A stretch of DNA of 64,000 nt. It comes from Oculina patagonica (lineage: Eukaryota). A model generated the notes under the pieces. It had not been told where the DNA came from. It searched no databases and saw only the letters and a list, made by a program, of their open reading frames with translations. Each line of letters begins with the position of its first letter. Positions within the stretch are counted from its first letter, which is position 1. This document shows positions 39,301-52,019 of the stretch, piece after piece. Made by a program: the position numbers and the translations under genes. The DNA is taken from assembly GCF_052425735.1 (NCBI RefSeq), contig NC_135759.1, positions 16,182,001 through 16,246,000 of the forward strand, in the 5' to 3' direction.

Positions 39301-42300
39301 GGTTGAAGTTTGCCGTTTAGCGGATAGAAAACTTTTCTGAACGGTTTCGTTAACCGCTCGAACGGTCTTACTTTACCGTTAAACTCTTTGGCATACGCTT
39401 AAAACGGTTTTCATGAAGCATTTAAACGGATAAAAAACAGAGAACGAACGGTTTGTTCCGCTTAACGTTTGAGGCTTAGTGTACGTTTTCCCGTGTGAGG
39501 TCACGTATGTGTCTTTAGTTGATTTGAAGTAGAACTTTGTTAAATGACAGTATTTCCTTCATAGGGGTATTACTTTTAGAAATTTACAGACCTGAAGTGC
39601 CCTAAATTTAATCTTAACTTTGAAAATTGATGCAGCGCACTTGTGGTGGAATGTTATTTTTAGAATTTCATGATAGCTGTTGCTGTGGGAAGCCCACCTC
39701 AAACTGGGGATTGCAAATGCCCAGCATAGCACCTCCTGTCAAATCAGCAAACACCATTTACAAGAAGTACCTTCTTGCAATAACTTATTAGCCTTCAAGC
39801 AGGCTCTCCGCTGGGAAGGAAAGAAGGAAAGCCGAAAAGGGAAGGAGAGCCTGCCTATAACGCTTCACTTGATGCTGCATCCAAATTTTTTACTCAAATG
39901 CTGATTGTTGGAGATTTATTAACTCACTGTATGACCTGTTCTTAGCAAACACAACACCTAAACCATGCCTAGTGTTAACAAGCCATGTACTGACTCATTA
40001 CAGTTTGTGTTGATTGCCCAAAATTTGACAACTCAGACAGCTCGAAGGGGCGTGGGAGCATCTGTGCAAGCTCTCCTTCCTTTCATCCAGTATCCCCGGT
40101 CCCTGCTAATAACTTATAAATGGAAACATATATTTTACCTGGAATGAACAAGCCTTTACAGCACTGTGTGCCAAAGCCAATGCTTCTTCTATGGTCTCTC
40201 CACAAATGACAATACCATGATTCCTCAGGATCATAACCTAAGAGAAAGAGAGTTTTTTTAAAAAGAAAAATTGTAGCGCCTGTTTGAAATATAAACAAAA
40301 CAATTTAAGATGGCTTTTAATTGCATACAAGTAAACATTTTTGAACGTGTGCGAAGTGCCTTAATCTGTAAAACAGAAATGCTGTGTTCCTAAACCAGGT
40401 TGTTTACCATTTAATCATAAAACCAGGAAATTTCAGTTGGAAAGTAAATGTATCAGTAATTTCCTGAAAATCCATTCAGAAATTACGTTTTACGTTCATT
40501 ATGGTTGGTACAAGCCACTGGAAAATGTACCATTTGTTCATTTCTCTGATAATTTTCTAGTCTCCCATCAAGGGTGAAGAAAAAACAGAAACTAATTTAA
40601 CTTATAAATGGTAAGCACCATCTCTTTTGGTCAATTTGCTGTTTTTTGGAAAACCACTCATCAACCAATCTATTCTGCCAAATCGCAAACACCTTAGTTA
40701 AGCACAAAGCCCAAGAATTTTTCAGTAGCTAATAAGCGACAATTATTCAGGCATACCTTGCTTTCTTCACCCAAATCCTTCACTATTGACTCTTTTTCTT
40801 CTTCATTAGTGAAAATGCCTCTAAAATCATGGTAGGATATTTCACCCAACTATAAACAAGACAATGGTCATGAAACAGCAAATACACTGAAGCAACAACA
40901 ACTTCAAATTTGACAATGACTACAACTATTTAAATTCTAGCAAAACAATGTTACTACTTGGAATTGAGTTGAAATTTCCAATTCTGACAGGCAACATGTG
41001 ATTAATTTTCAGTGCCCTAGTAGTGAAAGTAATTGCACTGGTCTAGGGTTCGTGTTGTACTGTTCCTTCGAGACGATCCGGATCAGGATCAGTGATCCGA
41101 GATCACTTGGATCACGATGCACAAAAGGAACAGGCGAATCCTTACCCAAAGCGGAATGGCCGGTTACTCTTAATGCACCATGATCTGAGTGATATTGGAT
41201 CACTGATTCTGAATCAGATCATCTCAAAGAAACGCACGCTTAGTATATTCCATCTAGGGGAAGTTGCTACCTAAGCTAACTAAATCATCACACAACTGTC
41301 AGTGGAATAAAACACAACAAAGACTTACAGCAAGTGCTTCAATAGATATTGGTAGAAGTCCACACTTCATTGCTGATACCTGGAAACAACATTAAAGAAC
41401 AAAACATTTAAAACCTACTGGAACACTTCTGCAACAATGTCAAACATGTCAATTCATTTTACAGGTTCACATAGGCATTGGGAAAGCAAGTATTCAAATC
41501 CTCTGCCCTCTGGAAATTTCAGTTAAGTTTTATTAAAACATTTATTTTTGGCTTTAAGAACTCCACCCTGTAGGGATTTCCAATGACCTTCTGTGGTGGT
41601 GGGTACTGTTCTTTTCTGGAACCGCACATTATGATCCAAGTTAGATATATGCAATTTCAAATTGTTGTCCTAGCGACTTGCTTACTATGGCCTAAATATT
41701 TTATTAATGACTTTACACTTTCACTAGCCTTAGGCTAAGGAGTGCCTTATTTTGTTACAGTTGTCACAAATTGGCTGTACAGAAATTGGAGCTTATAAAT
41801 TGGCCTTCAGAAATTGTGGCTATAAGAAATACATGTATTGAATACAGCTGGGGTATTAAGAAAATTATGCAAAACGCATAATTCAAGACCAGTGACAAGG
41901 AATGGAATACAACACGTGAACGGTGACATTTTAATAGGGGAAGAGAGCATAACAATTTCTTCGAGATCCAACAAGTCTTACATTTAGAAATAAGGGTATA
42001 TACTATTTACTTATGACACTAAATATATTCAAACTGATCAAATTGTTTTCACGCTCTACTTTAAAAACGCTCTACTTTAAAAACAGATGATTCTCATTTC
42101 TAAAAGTATACAGTTGACATGACCTACTTTTTCAGAAGTAAAACTTCTAAAAAATAATAATTAAAACATAAATATACATGCATGTTTGCAGGCATATGGT
42201 ACAAAACAATTGTCAGTATAAAAACAAACAGGAAGTAATTTCCACTGGAACTAACTTACTCAAGTTAAATTACTACACTGTTACTAGTTTAATCAAACAA

Positions 42301-44712
42301 ATGTGTGCTTTTCTTGCAACCTACACAAGAAGTTTGAAGACTTAGCAAGTAAACAAACCTCTGAAAATGAGGCCTGCTTTGTACATAGACAATTTGTCAA
42401 CTAAAACAACCAGGCATAATAACTTTCAATTTAAAATCATTTACACCAAAACAAGTGTCAAATTAAAGGATGAAAAAGCACTTTGGGAAAGTTCCAGAAT
42501 ATTAACCATCTGACCACCTTACAAATGAGAGAAAACTCTAGAAATAACGCCAAATTTCTTCAACAGCAACAAAAGAGCTTCTAGTTAACTAAATGTTACA
42601 TTTTTACAAGCACAGAATTGAGAAAACAAGCGTGTGTTTGAATGTCCGGGCTTTGCCCACCCTGCGATCAATGTGGATGTTTAATTTATAGTATTTTCCA
42701 AAACCATTCATGAATAGAAGATTTATTCAAATCGAGAAACCCAGGTCTAGTCTGAGCAGGTGCTAAACGGTAAACAAGAGGGATTAAGCTAAAAAGAATA
42801 CTCGAAACTTGACCATCCATAGACTGTGCTTTACCCATTACGGGGCATACCGTGAAATATCACATAAAGAATTCGGAACGGTAACGAGCAAGTTTTCGTG
42901 TTACATTTCGTTATCAATATAATCAACCACAGAATGCCTTCGACAAGGCCTCGATTCAACTGCATTCTTTGTGATCATTAAAATTTCATTTTTATTAAGC
43001 TAACTCAACATTTGATTCCTCACTTTTCGTTCTGCCGGACACGAGAGATATCGTTCCGACAGAGAATTTTTCGTATGTTTTTTGTTGTTTTCGAACCGAC
43101 GAAATCCAACCCAAAATGCGACCGTAATATGATGACAACGAAATGTACTATGTTCGTGCGTCCGTTTGCCAAGCTTCCAAACCATCACTGTTTTGGGTTT
43201 TGCCACACAGCATCGTCCATATAAAACGATTGAGAAAACCATAATATGCTGGTAAATTGTTTTCGATGAGAGACCATTTGATTTGGGCGGTCATAAGGTT
43301 TTCTTGAATACGGGAATTACAGTAATGCTGATAAACTTAGACTATATAACACCAGCAAATTTGCGACGCGCGTTCGAATAAAAAACGCGGTCGTCGCCAT
43401 TTTCGAACCTGTACAAATAGTAGACCCCTGCCGCTGAAATGACAAAAAGTCACGCGAAATAGAAAGCTAACTTTGCTTTAGTCTTTTACGGAAACTTCAA
43501 CACGACTGACAAAATGAACAACGCTAATTTTACTCACGAGGATATCATCAAAGTCGAGAGCAAAAATATGCAGCGCATACCTACATGACGTATCAAAATC
43601 AAGACTAGTTTGTCGAAAAATATAAACGCACATCAAACAATGCAAACGCCACAAAGGCTGCAGGTAGCAAAACTGGTTTTCTACAGTGTAGTTTAAGACT
43701 TACAGCCACTATTTCATCTTGGTGTAGATGGATAATAGCTCTGGCATCTTTCCTAGCTCCGTGGATCGCAGAATGGAGCAGAATACCAGCTCTGTTCACG
43801 CCGAGATTGGTACTGCCTTGATCAACGACGCTTCCATCAGGATTAATTTTTAGCAGACTAGAGGCGGTCACTTCGCTGTACAACAGTCCAAAGGGATGAA
43901 TCAAGAAGCTTTCTTGGTCCGTCGACGGGCGAATCTAGCAAAAATGAAATCGACATTGATTGTCAGTTACAATTAATTTTAGTAGTAGCGCGACTGCTCT
44001 GCACGACAAAACAACCTCGATCTACAACTGCAAAAATGACTTTACTACGTACGTATCAGCAACAGAACAAATTCATCATATTCCACAGCGTTGGAAGACT
44101 TCCGAAATTTTAAGTATAAGGAATTAAAGGGTTTATTCAAGGTAGTCACGTACGCTTTTCCAGCCATTGAAAACAAACTATTGTGACAGAGCATTCGCGC
44201 GCGAGACAAATAACACACAAAATAAATATTCGAGTTCGGTTACACTGAAACAGAGAAATCTTACTAGTACTCACAGTTATGAAACTGTAAAGGCCACTAT
44301 TCCATCCAAAGAGATCAACAAGGCGGTATGTGGCGGCTAATTTACAGCGCAATAACCTCTCTTGCTTGGAATAATTCAAGGTATCGGATCCTCTGATGTC
44401 TGCTATTGGAGAAACAGCGGCAGACATACCACCTCCATAGTACGTACTGGAGGGAATCAGAAAATCTTGATACGTACGAACGCCTTCTCCGCTGGTTTTA
44501 GGACCATTCTGAACGTAGTTCTGGACAAGATCTTCCAGTTCATCGCGAAGAACTTTGTCATTCAGAACAAGAGAGACACGCTGTCGAAGCTTCAGACCAC
44601 GGACGTCGCGAACAACATCTTCTGGCCTTCGCACCGCTCTGCCTCTCGTAGGGGCGCTAAATCTTCTCGCTTTGCCCTCGATGAGCGGTTTGTTAGCCTT
44701 CCCTGTCGACAT
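33353..44712 (-). CDS. ADD1: Adducin (alpha-adducin/Hts-like), ~590 aa; exons 44712-44275, 43934-43704, 41379-41329, 40849-40757, 40237-40139, 35986-35816, 35056-34736, 33721-33353
   Basis: RQRVSLVL..LRDELE, PIADIRG..YSKQERLLRCKLAATYRLVDLFGW, FLIHPFGLLYSEVTASSLLK, VSAMKCGLLPIS, LRNHG, EFEAWMRLLDSMGYKTGY and a C-terminal MARCKS-like basic tract SPTKKKGTKVKKKKSF. All introns phase 0 GT-AG. Invertebrate single-copy adducin, so the ADD1 label is approximate. Confidence 0.95.
33777..33945. mobile_element. hAT-like MITE, 6-bp TSD AGGGTG, nested in an older CAGGGTG..CACCCTG element (33770-34063)
   Basis: AGGGTG|CAGGGTTCTCATTA...TAATGAAACCCCTG|AGGGTG. Confidence 0.75.
34090..34674. mobile_element. 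hAT-like MITE, 5-bp TSD GAGTG
   Basis: GAGTG|CAGTGTTCTCCC...GGGAGAAGACTG|GAGTG. Confidence 0.8.
36130..36612. mobile_element. Classical hAT MITE, 8-bp TSD GTAACACA
   Basis: GTAACACA|TAGGGGTG...CACCCCTA|GTAACACA; subterminal CGATA/ACTATC repeats. Confidence 0.88.
37422..38306. mobile_element. pogo/Tigger-type MITE nested in the 2.9-kb element, TA TSD
   Basis: TA|CCGTAAAGTTCCATGTATAAGCCGCACC...GGTGCGGCTTATACACGGAACTTTACGG|TA. Confidence 0.9.
38307..38395 (-). pseudogene. pogo-family transposase C-terminal remnant
   Basis: SWAEIMEEIVRKSFKTSRTSNVLDGTKDDY resembles the pogo motif W..I.EE.V.KSF..CGISN.LDG.EDD; preceded by a stop codon. Confidence 0.6.
39789..40108. mobile_element. TAG..CTA MITE, 9-bp TSD ATAACTTAT (AcademH-like, tentative)
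   Basis: ATAACTTAT|TAGCC...TGCTA|ATAACTTAT. Confidence 0.7.
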
Positions 44713-47700
44713 GTTGGCAAATTCGGCTTAGGTTGTCAGGCCAAACCGAGAAAGAAGCGTTTTCTGAATGGCGATCACACCTTCGTAAAACGCCCAAAGC
44801 ACGCGCAGAAAAGTCGGGAATATTCACTGCTCATGCGTTACGCTCGAAAAGGAGAAAGTAAACTTGTTTTCATTGGCTAGAAAAAGGTCACGTGGCCATG
44901 ATCATTGATCGCGCGCAAGGAAAATTTCAAAACGCGCACGAAAATTGTGATATTTTGAATTGATGTTTGCCGAAAAAAATGCGCTTGTGGGTATAATGCG
45001 ATCAGGTACTCAATATATTTCAAACTGACTCGAAGGAGCTTGTAAACTTCAAAGCAATTTAATGTCATCAAATACTACAAACGTGGAAAAAAATTTGGAA
45101 CGAAAGTAGAGCTACAAATTGCAAGATTTTATCCAGATGTGTGCGCTAGGGTCAAAACATGAGAATTACTTTCTGAATTTTACCTATGCAGCAAAATTGA
45201 GACTGGTAATTGTTTTTCGTGCCAGAAATAGGCTTATCTCCTTGTTTTATATTTCGTGCGTCTTCTAAACCAAGGCGGACGTTCACATTTCCGAAAAAAA
45301 GAAATTATTAACCATTTATCAGTCACGAAAAGTCGAGAAAAGAAATTTCTATCTCGAATTTTCAGGTTTTATTAATTCGGCAGATATTGATCTATTAAAA
45401 CCGAGCATTGTCCCTTTTTAACACGTAAATAAAGTGATTCTTAAATAAAAGTACCCAGGAAGTTACTTGTGCGGCAGTCAAAAATATCAAAGGTTGAAGG
45501 ATCTGTCATCTTATTGTCCCGCCCATTTGTGTGTCTCTCGACTTCACTTTTTATCGGATGGCAATCAATATCTTATTTCTGACCTATATTTCGTTTACTG
45601 CATTCCATGATCTAATTTAGTTGTCAGATCCTGGAAAAAGTCCTATTTTTCGATGTGAAGACTGAATTCCAGTGCATGAATGGTATATTCCAGTTTGTTT
45701 ACTCAGCGCTGGGGAAAAAATAAACTTCGACAACCACTTCTTTCATATGTTTTGTTCAGTTGTGTACGATTTGTTTATTTATTCAATTTAGATATTTCTT
45801 ACATCAACGTGAGCGCGTTATCTCAAACTATAGTATTACAAGCCTCAGAAGATTGGATAAATTTATTTTTTTCGCGAAAGATCGCGAAAAATGAAAAGGT
45901 CGACAACTGTTCACCTTTTGACCACGCGCGCGCGCGCGAGTCGCGTTTGTCACGCAAGTCGTTCGTGAATCCGCCGCATATCATTATCTACCCTTCACAG
46001 TTTCTGTTACTCGCGGGTGTATAATTCCAAGGATTGTTCAGGGAGTGCACGCAAGTAGATTTTCATCACGAAATTGAGGTATTCAAACACAAACCCGCAA
46101 GACAAAAACTGCATACATTGCTTATGAACGTTGCTGGCATTTTTGAAACAATTTTCTCGGCATGAGGCCTGGTCGATCGCTGCGCTCAATATACATCACA
46201 GATGGTCGAATGTTTACAAAAAAACCGCTACATCGGGTGAATTCTCTTGCTTGAAAATTTGAAAGAGCTAGGCACCTTCTTAAGTGCAGTTTTCCCCCAG
46301 ATAAACTCATCCCTTTTAGCATGTTTATAAGTTGCTATAAAAGCATGCTGAAAAAACAAAGGTTAAATAAAGAGTGCAATCAAGCACGGATAAATATTCG
46401 AACCCTGTGGTCAAACTAATGACAGGGTAAATGGTTCTTAATTTTATTTTCTGCTAGGGATGAGTCCCTGGGGATCAATTTGTCAGTCAGACAAGGGGAG
46501 GACGCGGTGACTCGAAGCATGAACAATTAATTGGAATGACCACTACTCTATTAAAATTTATTGTTTTAGCACGCAAAAAGCAGATGCGTTCCGTTACTAA
46601 GCTCACAGAGAGAGTATGTATTTTGTATTTTTCTGTGGTCCACTTCCACTCGGTTTCGCCTCAGCAACTATCTTGATGAAAGAAACAGACTTTTTAGGGT
46701 GTTATGTTTGTAGGGCCTAAAAAGACAAAATAAAAGGCTTGCAAACACGATATGTTTAGAAAAAAGTTTGCATTTCGAAAAAATGTTTGCAGAGGTGCAC
46801 AAATTAAAAAAAAAGTTTGCAGAGGAATTTTTTTTTTTCAGACAAAATTCACTTGTATATACAGCAATAGGACATATAGGCCCGGTCCGCAGGTGAAACC
46901 GAGTGAAATAGAAAGAAGGGCCGGGGTGGGGGGGCAGCTTCAAAGGCGAGACTCCCGGCTAGGGCGGGGAGCTCCCCAACTGAAATTTGAAATTTCATGA
47001 GACCGTCAGAAATGGCTGGAAACACGAGAAATGCATATAGAAATGGTTATCGTCCTCAAAGTATCAAATCTGATCAAATAAAAGATTATGATTAGATAAG
47101 TTTAACTTTGACGTACTTATGTAATTTATCCCGTACTTATCTCATGCCGAGGTCAGTAGCCGTTATCCGTATAATTATTTCAGCATGCAGTTCAGTGTTG
47201 TTTATCCCATGTTCCTAAAAGTCCCCAACAAGGCCCATAATCTCAGAATTCTCTGAAAATTGCGAACATTATTTTATATTTCAAAAAGGTAGTTCTAAGC
47301 AAAAAAAGGAAGAAGACAGTTGAACAGCCAGAAACAACGAATCAAACTTGAAAAATCGTTTGGGCCTTTTTTTATTTTTGAGGTTGCGCAAATTATATAG
47401 ATCACAACAAGACCTGGTGCTGTTTATTTATTTACTTATTTATTTATTTTATTTATTTATCCGTTTCACCCATTCGACTCTCGACACATTAGGTCTGGCC
47501 AAATAAGATAACAGTTCGTGAACCTCCCCAGTTTTCCTCGGCATTGCATTGCACAGTAATTTATTAAATTTCACCTTTTGTGATAAGACTGGGCAACACT
47601 TGAAATTTGATTGAGATGATTGAAGTGAATAGATCGCTATCTCAATAAATAACAGGGAAAAAATAAAGAGAGCTAAAGCGAATCTCCTTGGACTGCAGTA

Positions 47701-48483
47701 CTAGTGCATGCGCGCAGATATTGTGACTTGTAAACGCGTAAACCACATAAAATATATTGTGTGCGGCATGCTGACTCTTGTGGGTTTTAATATTTGCCAT
47801 TTTCTCACGAAGGGCAAAACAATGATCCCGCAACAAATATAATTCATCCAAACTGATATCAGTTTCCGCGAAAAGGCGGTGAAAAGTAGTGAAATACTAT
47901 TAAATGTAGGGTGCCGATCGGTACAGGTCAATAATGACCATGGTTTTATCAGTGTTTTTTTGTGTGCGTGTTTTCTCCCAAAAAGGTGGGTATGGTTACA
48001 AAACAACAGCAACAACAAAACTATTGACTTTCAAACGTCATAACTTATTTTTAAGTGCTTCAGCGATACTGCGTTTCCGCCATCAATCCTAAATCTGGCA
48101 GTAACCTATAGGCTTTGATTCATGGCACTTTGGGGGGTCAATACAGCCCTTTCGAGTCGTTTTTTCCCAAAATCTACACCAGTTCTCCTGGAAGTAGGCC
48201 AACATGGCTAGTGCTAATGCTTAGATCATAATCAGTTGCTGTAACTATGACAGAAGAAAAAAAAATGGGCTAAAAGGTTAATCATAAAAACTACACTTCA
48301 AAAGACTTGAGTTGCCATGGAAACGTGATTGATATGGTTTTAGTGGAAGTACTTGGTGCTCAGTGACTGTGCTACCAACTAGTCGTGACTGCATGAAATT
48401 TTTTCAAACCGCAAACTCAAATGTGACTACCTGATTTTATTACCATTTTCTTCTCATTAGTCTACGGTACCTTTCACTTAATA

Positions 48484-48632
48484 CAGTGGAACGTCCATAT
48501 AACTATAAAGTGCCAAGGGACTGGCAAAATATGTTCGCTATAAAGAAGTTTCGAATTCGTTATGGCGAAGAATATCGCTTGCTATACCGAGGACTTCGCT
48601 ATCTAGAGGTTCGTTAAATCGAGGTTCCACTG
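48484..48632. mobile_element. Degenerate pogo-type MITE, TA TSD
   Basis: TA|CAGTGGAAC...GGTTCCACTG|TA. Confidence 0.75.
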
Positions 48633-51223
48633 TAGTCCAACCGGGACGGTTTAAGTCAGCTGGCAGCGTTTGAAAGGATCTCAAGAGGTGACAGCGCAAA
48701 ATGTAATTGAACTACGTGATTCAATAACTGGTGAGCAAACAGTAAAGTAAACTCATAACACATGTGGAGTGGAAATATCATATTTTTTTACTAACATTCA
48801 ATGTCTTGTACTCCGATTAGCGCCGGCTGAGTTTGATTATTGGATGTAAATAAAGTTTACTTACACATTCATTCTGAGGTTGAATTTCACTCCTCTTCTC
48901 TGTAAAAGGTTATAAAAGAAGGGATAAAAAAAGGATAGCACTGTAGGATAGGATGTGAGAAAAAAGTGAAACAAAAGAATAAGTAAAATTGAGTCAGAGA
49001 AACTGCCTAAACTTTTGGCAGAAAAAAAAAATACCGTTGAGAGAGAGAGAGTAGAGTGATAATTCAGGATTGGGAAATAAAAAGAAAAAGTCAGGCGAAA
49101 GATCAAGAACAAGAAAAAACAAAGAAACAAACATTGCAAGCAAACAAAATTAAACAGCACTTTCTGAAAAAAAAAAAAAATTAATGGCAAGTCTTTTTCC
49201 AAAAGCTCAGAAATAAAAATCTTTTGCAAATCAGTGGACTTTTTCAATTCAGGCAAATTTGGCAATATCTATGACTATGGAAAAGGCGCCATTTTTCTAC
49301 GATTGTTTTAAAAATAACTCGACACTAACAGTGATAAGGTTAAACGCCACCGGGCCTGGCGCTAGGTTTGTAGCCTCAGGGCTACCAGGACCGCGTGGAG
49401 TGACCACGTGGTTATTGAATTGTTTATCTAAGAAAGCAAGAAAGCAAGCGACAAGGGGACTCAATGGTGAGAGCTGATAATTTGTACAATGTTTTTGTTT
49501 GGTATAAGTATACCGTGAAATTATTCGCCGGTACGATTAAATCCGAGATCATGCCCAAGCTATACAATGGCATTTCTTCTTGTTCTTCTTTCTGATTGGC
49601 TGTTAATATCTAATGGGAAAAGTGAAATGAAGTTTTGAAGTCTAGGGCCTTTAAACCAAACAAATTGAGATCCATGAGATCTTTTCCATCCTCGTTAAAA
49701 TTCTAATTGTAATTGATCTGAATTCCAAAACAATCAAATTGCAAATTCCCTCAACGGGAGTCGAACCCTGAGGCAAGAAAAATAATCCACCCTCCCTCGC
49801 GCGGAGATCGCGAAGCGCGCTTAAAACGCGCGCGTTCCCAGAAATTGCCTGCCCCTTCCTGATCGTAAAAGCTACAGTAGATTATCTATCTTTTGTTTTT
49901 CTCAGCCAGTGACCCGCCGAGATAAGTCAAACTGATCACGTGTTCTGCCGCAAAAACGAAAGTTGTGAAATTTTCTTTTACAGTTAATCGTTTTTGCACG
50001 CGAGGGTTGATAATCCCTTCTATTCATCTAAATTATTCTTCTTTCTTTCCACCGTACAACACCACTCATATAATAGTTAGTGGCGAGATTTTCATAATTA
50101 TATGCCCGGTTCTGAATAAAAATAATTCAAAGAGCCGCTTTATGATTTTCTCACAGTTGGTGCTATGATGTTATGTCTGGGAAGTGAATTAATCCAAAGG
50201 ATTACCTCTGTTGGCAGATTGTGAACCTTCAATACTATACTCTACAGCTATATTCTTCGATAAAACTAAACAACTCAAGGCATAGAATCAATTTGTAGTA
50301 CTGTAACTTCGCTTAAAGCTCGCACAATTTAGTGCCTCCTAAAAAAAATATACCATCTGTTGGCATCGCGCAGGATTGAAATTGATTTGGCTTCCCTTCC
50401 CATTTAATTTGTTGCGAATGAGCTGAATAATTGTTTTAATTGTAATGGAAAGAAGATTCTAATATTTATTCTGGCTCATTTGCAACTGACAGTTAAAATA
50501 AACTGACTCCAGCGCAAAAATTGATCAAAAATAACTCCAGTATAAACCCGGTATAGCTAATTAACGATTCTCCAAATGTTTAGAACTCGATCAAACGGCT
50601 AACATGTTCCTGCGTGTCCGTAAAACATGGTAAAAATGTTGGCTATTTTCCACATTTTTCGGTATTTTATATTAAAAGTCTTACTTCGTAGGAACATCTG
50701 GTTTTTAATCATTGTTTGCTGTCACTCTTGTATTTTTATCGCGGCGCCAAAATGACGCTGAAAACAAGTGTTTGATGTTTACCCTGAAGGCGGGGGGAAA
50801 AGTAAATTTGAGTGAAATTTTAAGAGGTTTTAAGAAGGGATGAAAAAAAATTGGACCACCACCAGACATGTACAGTTGACCCCCACGCAAGAGCACCCCA
50901 CGTTGTCAGGGGGCTATTTGGTGTCCGTCTACTAATTTTTAACTTCAAATTCTAATTTTAACATCAAATTAAATCTTCAATATTTTTTATTTCTCTTAAT
51001 ATTACTAATCCTTTGAGAAAAACTATCTCCTCCCAAACATCCCCCTAAATCACCAAAAAAATTACAAACCACCACAATACATAGGTTCGTGTAATGGGCA
51101 GAGAGTTTTGAACTGCTTAAAACGCCAACTGAAACAACTGAGTGAGGAGTTCGAGAAACTGGGACTTCAGTGACTGTATTTTATATACACCGGTACGCTT
51201 TTTGACGGAGACTAGGGGGTAGG

Positions 51224-51353
51224 TAGGCTCGATTTCCGCCGCCTCCTCGAGTCCGGTCTTTGTTCCTCCCCGAGAGAGGAGGGGAGGAACAAATGCTTTC
51301 GGGGGGAGAAGCGCGGGCTCATTTTCCCGAAAAGCGGCTGGAAATCGAGCCTA
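51224..51353. mobile_element. TAG..CTA MITE, 9-bp TSD GGGGGTAGG (AcademH-like, tentative)
   Basis: GGGGGTAGG|TAGGCTCGATTTCC...GGAAATCGAGCCTA|GGGGGTAGG. Confidence 0.8.
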
Positions 51354-52019
51354 GGGGGTAGGGGAATGGAAGAAAACGGCAGTTTTTGCCTTCATTTCGT
51401 CAGCCAGTCACATTTTCTTTCAATACCGACGTATTACCGGGTAGAGCCCAAAGTTGCATCTATTTCGTGTTGGGGTGGTACGAACTCATGTGCACTGAAC
51501 ATGAGATAGATGATCTGCGGTTCAAGCAAGGCATAGCGCTGCTGGAATACACAACTGTTTCCTAACTCGTTTATTTGTCTCTTTCTCGCCTTTATTTTGC
51601 CTATTCCATTACAATCTGCGAGACTGGAACTAGCCTGCAGGCGAATTTTAGCGAGCGCATTTTGATCGGGCGAGCGCCATCTTGAATTAAAACTCGTTAG
51701 ATGCTTGGGGAGAGAGGGAAAAAGGGCTGGAGGGGGGGGGAGGGGGGGGGAGAGAAAGGATTTCACTCTCCCCCCCCCTGGCCCCTCGCCACCTTCGTTT
51801 TCTCGTTTCGACCCTCTACGTTTGCGACCTCAAGGCTACATGTTAAAAACAGCCAGCTATCAAAAAAGGCATAATTTCAAACAATTTATTTACCGCAGAA
51901 GGAAAGAAATCCTGCGCTCACCTACAGCTGTAACTTAACAAAAAAAAAAAATCCATTCTATAATTTCTGTAATTGTTACTCCTGGCACGAAAATAACGTA
52001 TTTACAACGAAACGTCTTG

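Larger units (their letters stand above)
36637..39504. mobile_element. 2.9-kb non-autonomous DNA transposon with 28-bp TIRs and 4-bp TSD GTAT (Sola-like, tentative) in adducin intron 5
   Basis: GTAT|GTGACCTCACACGGGAAAACGTACACTA...TAGTGTACGTTTTCCCGTGTGAGGTCAC|GTAT; subterminal AACG/CGTT arrays. Confidence 0.85.

Noticed and set aside
44362-44880. 172-aa plus-strand ORF
   Set aside because: Antisense shadow of adducin exon 1; no recognisable domain.
49750-49785. Reverse-strand GGGTTCGACTCCC (tRNA T-arm/B-box-like)
   Set aside because: No A-box, anticodon arm or acceptor stem could be built.
51434-51570. Exon-like minus-strand segment between PSMD4 and adducin
   Set aside because: No homology recognised and cannot be linked to a gene from sequence alone.
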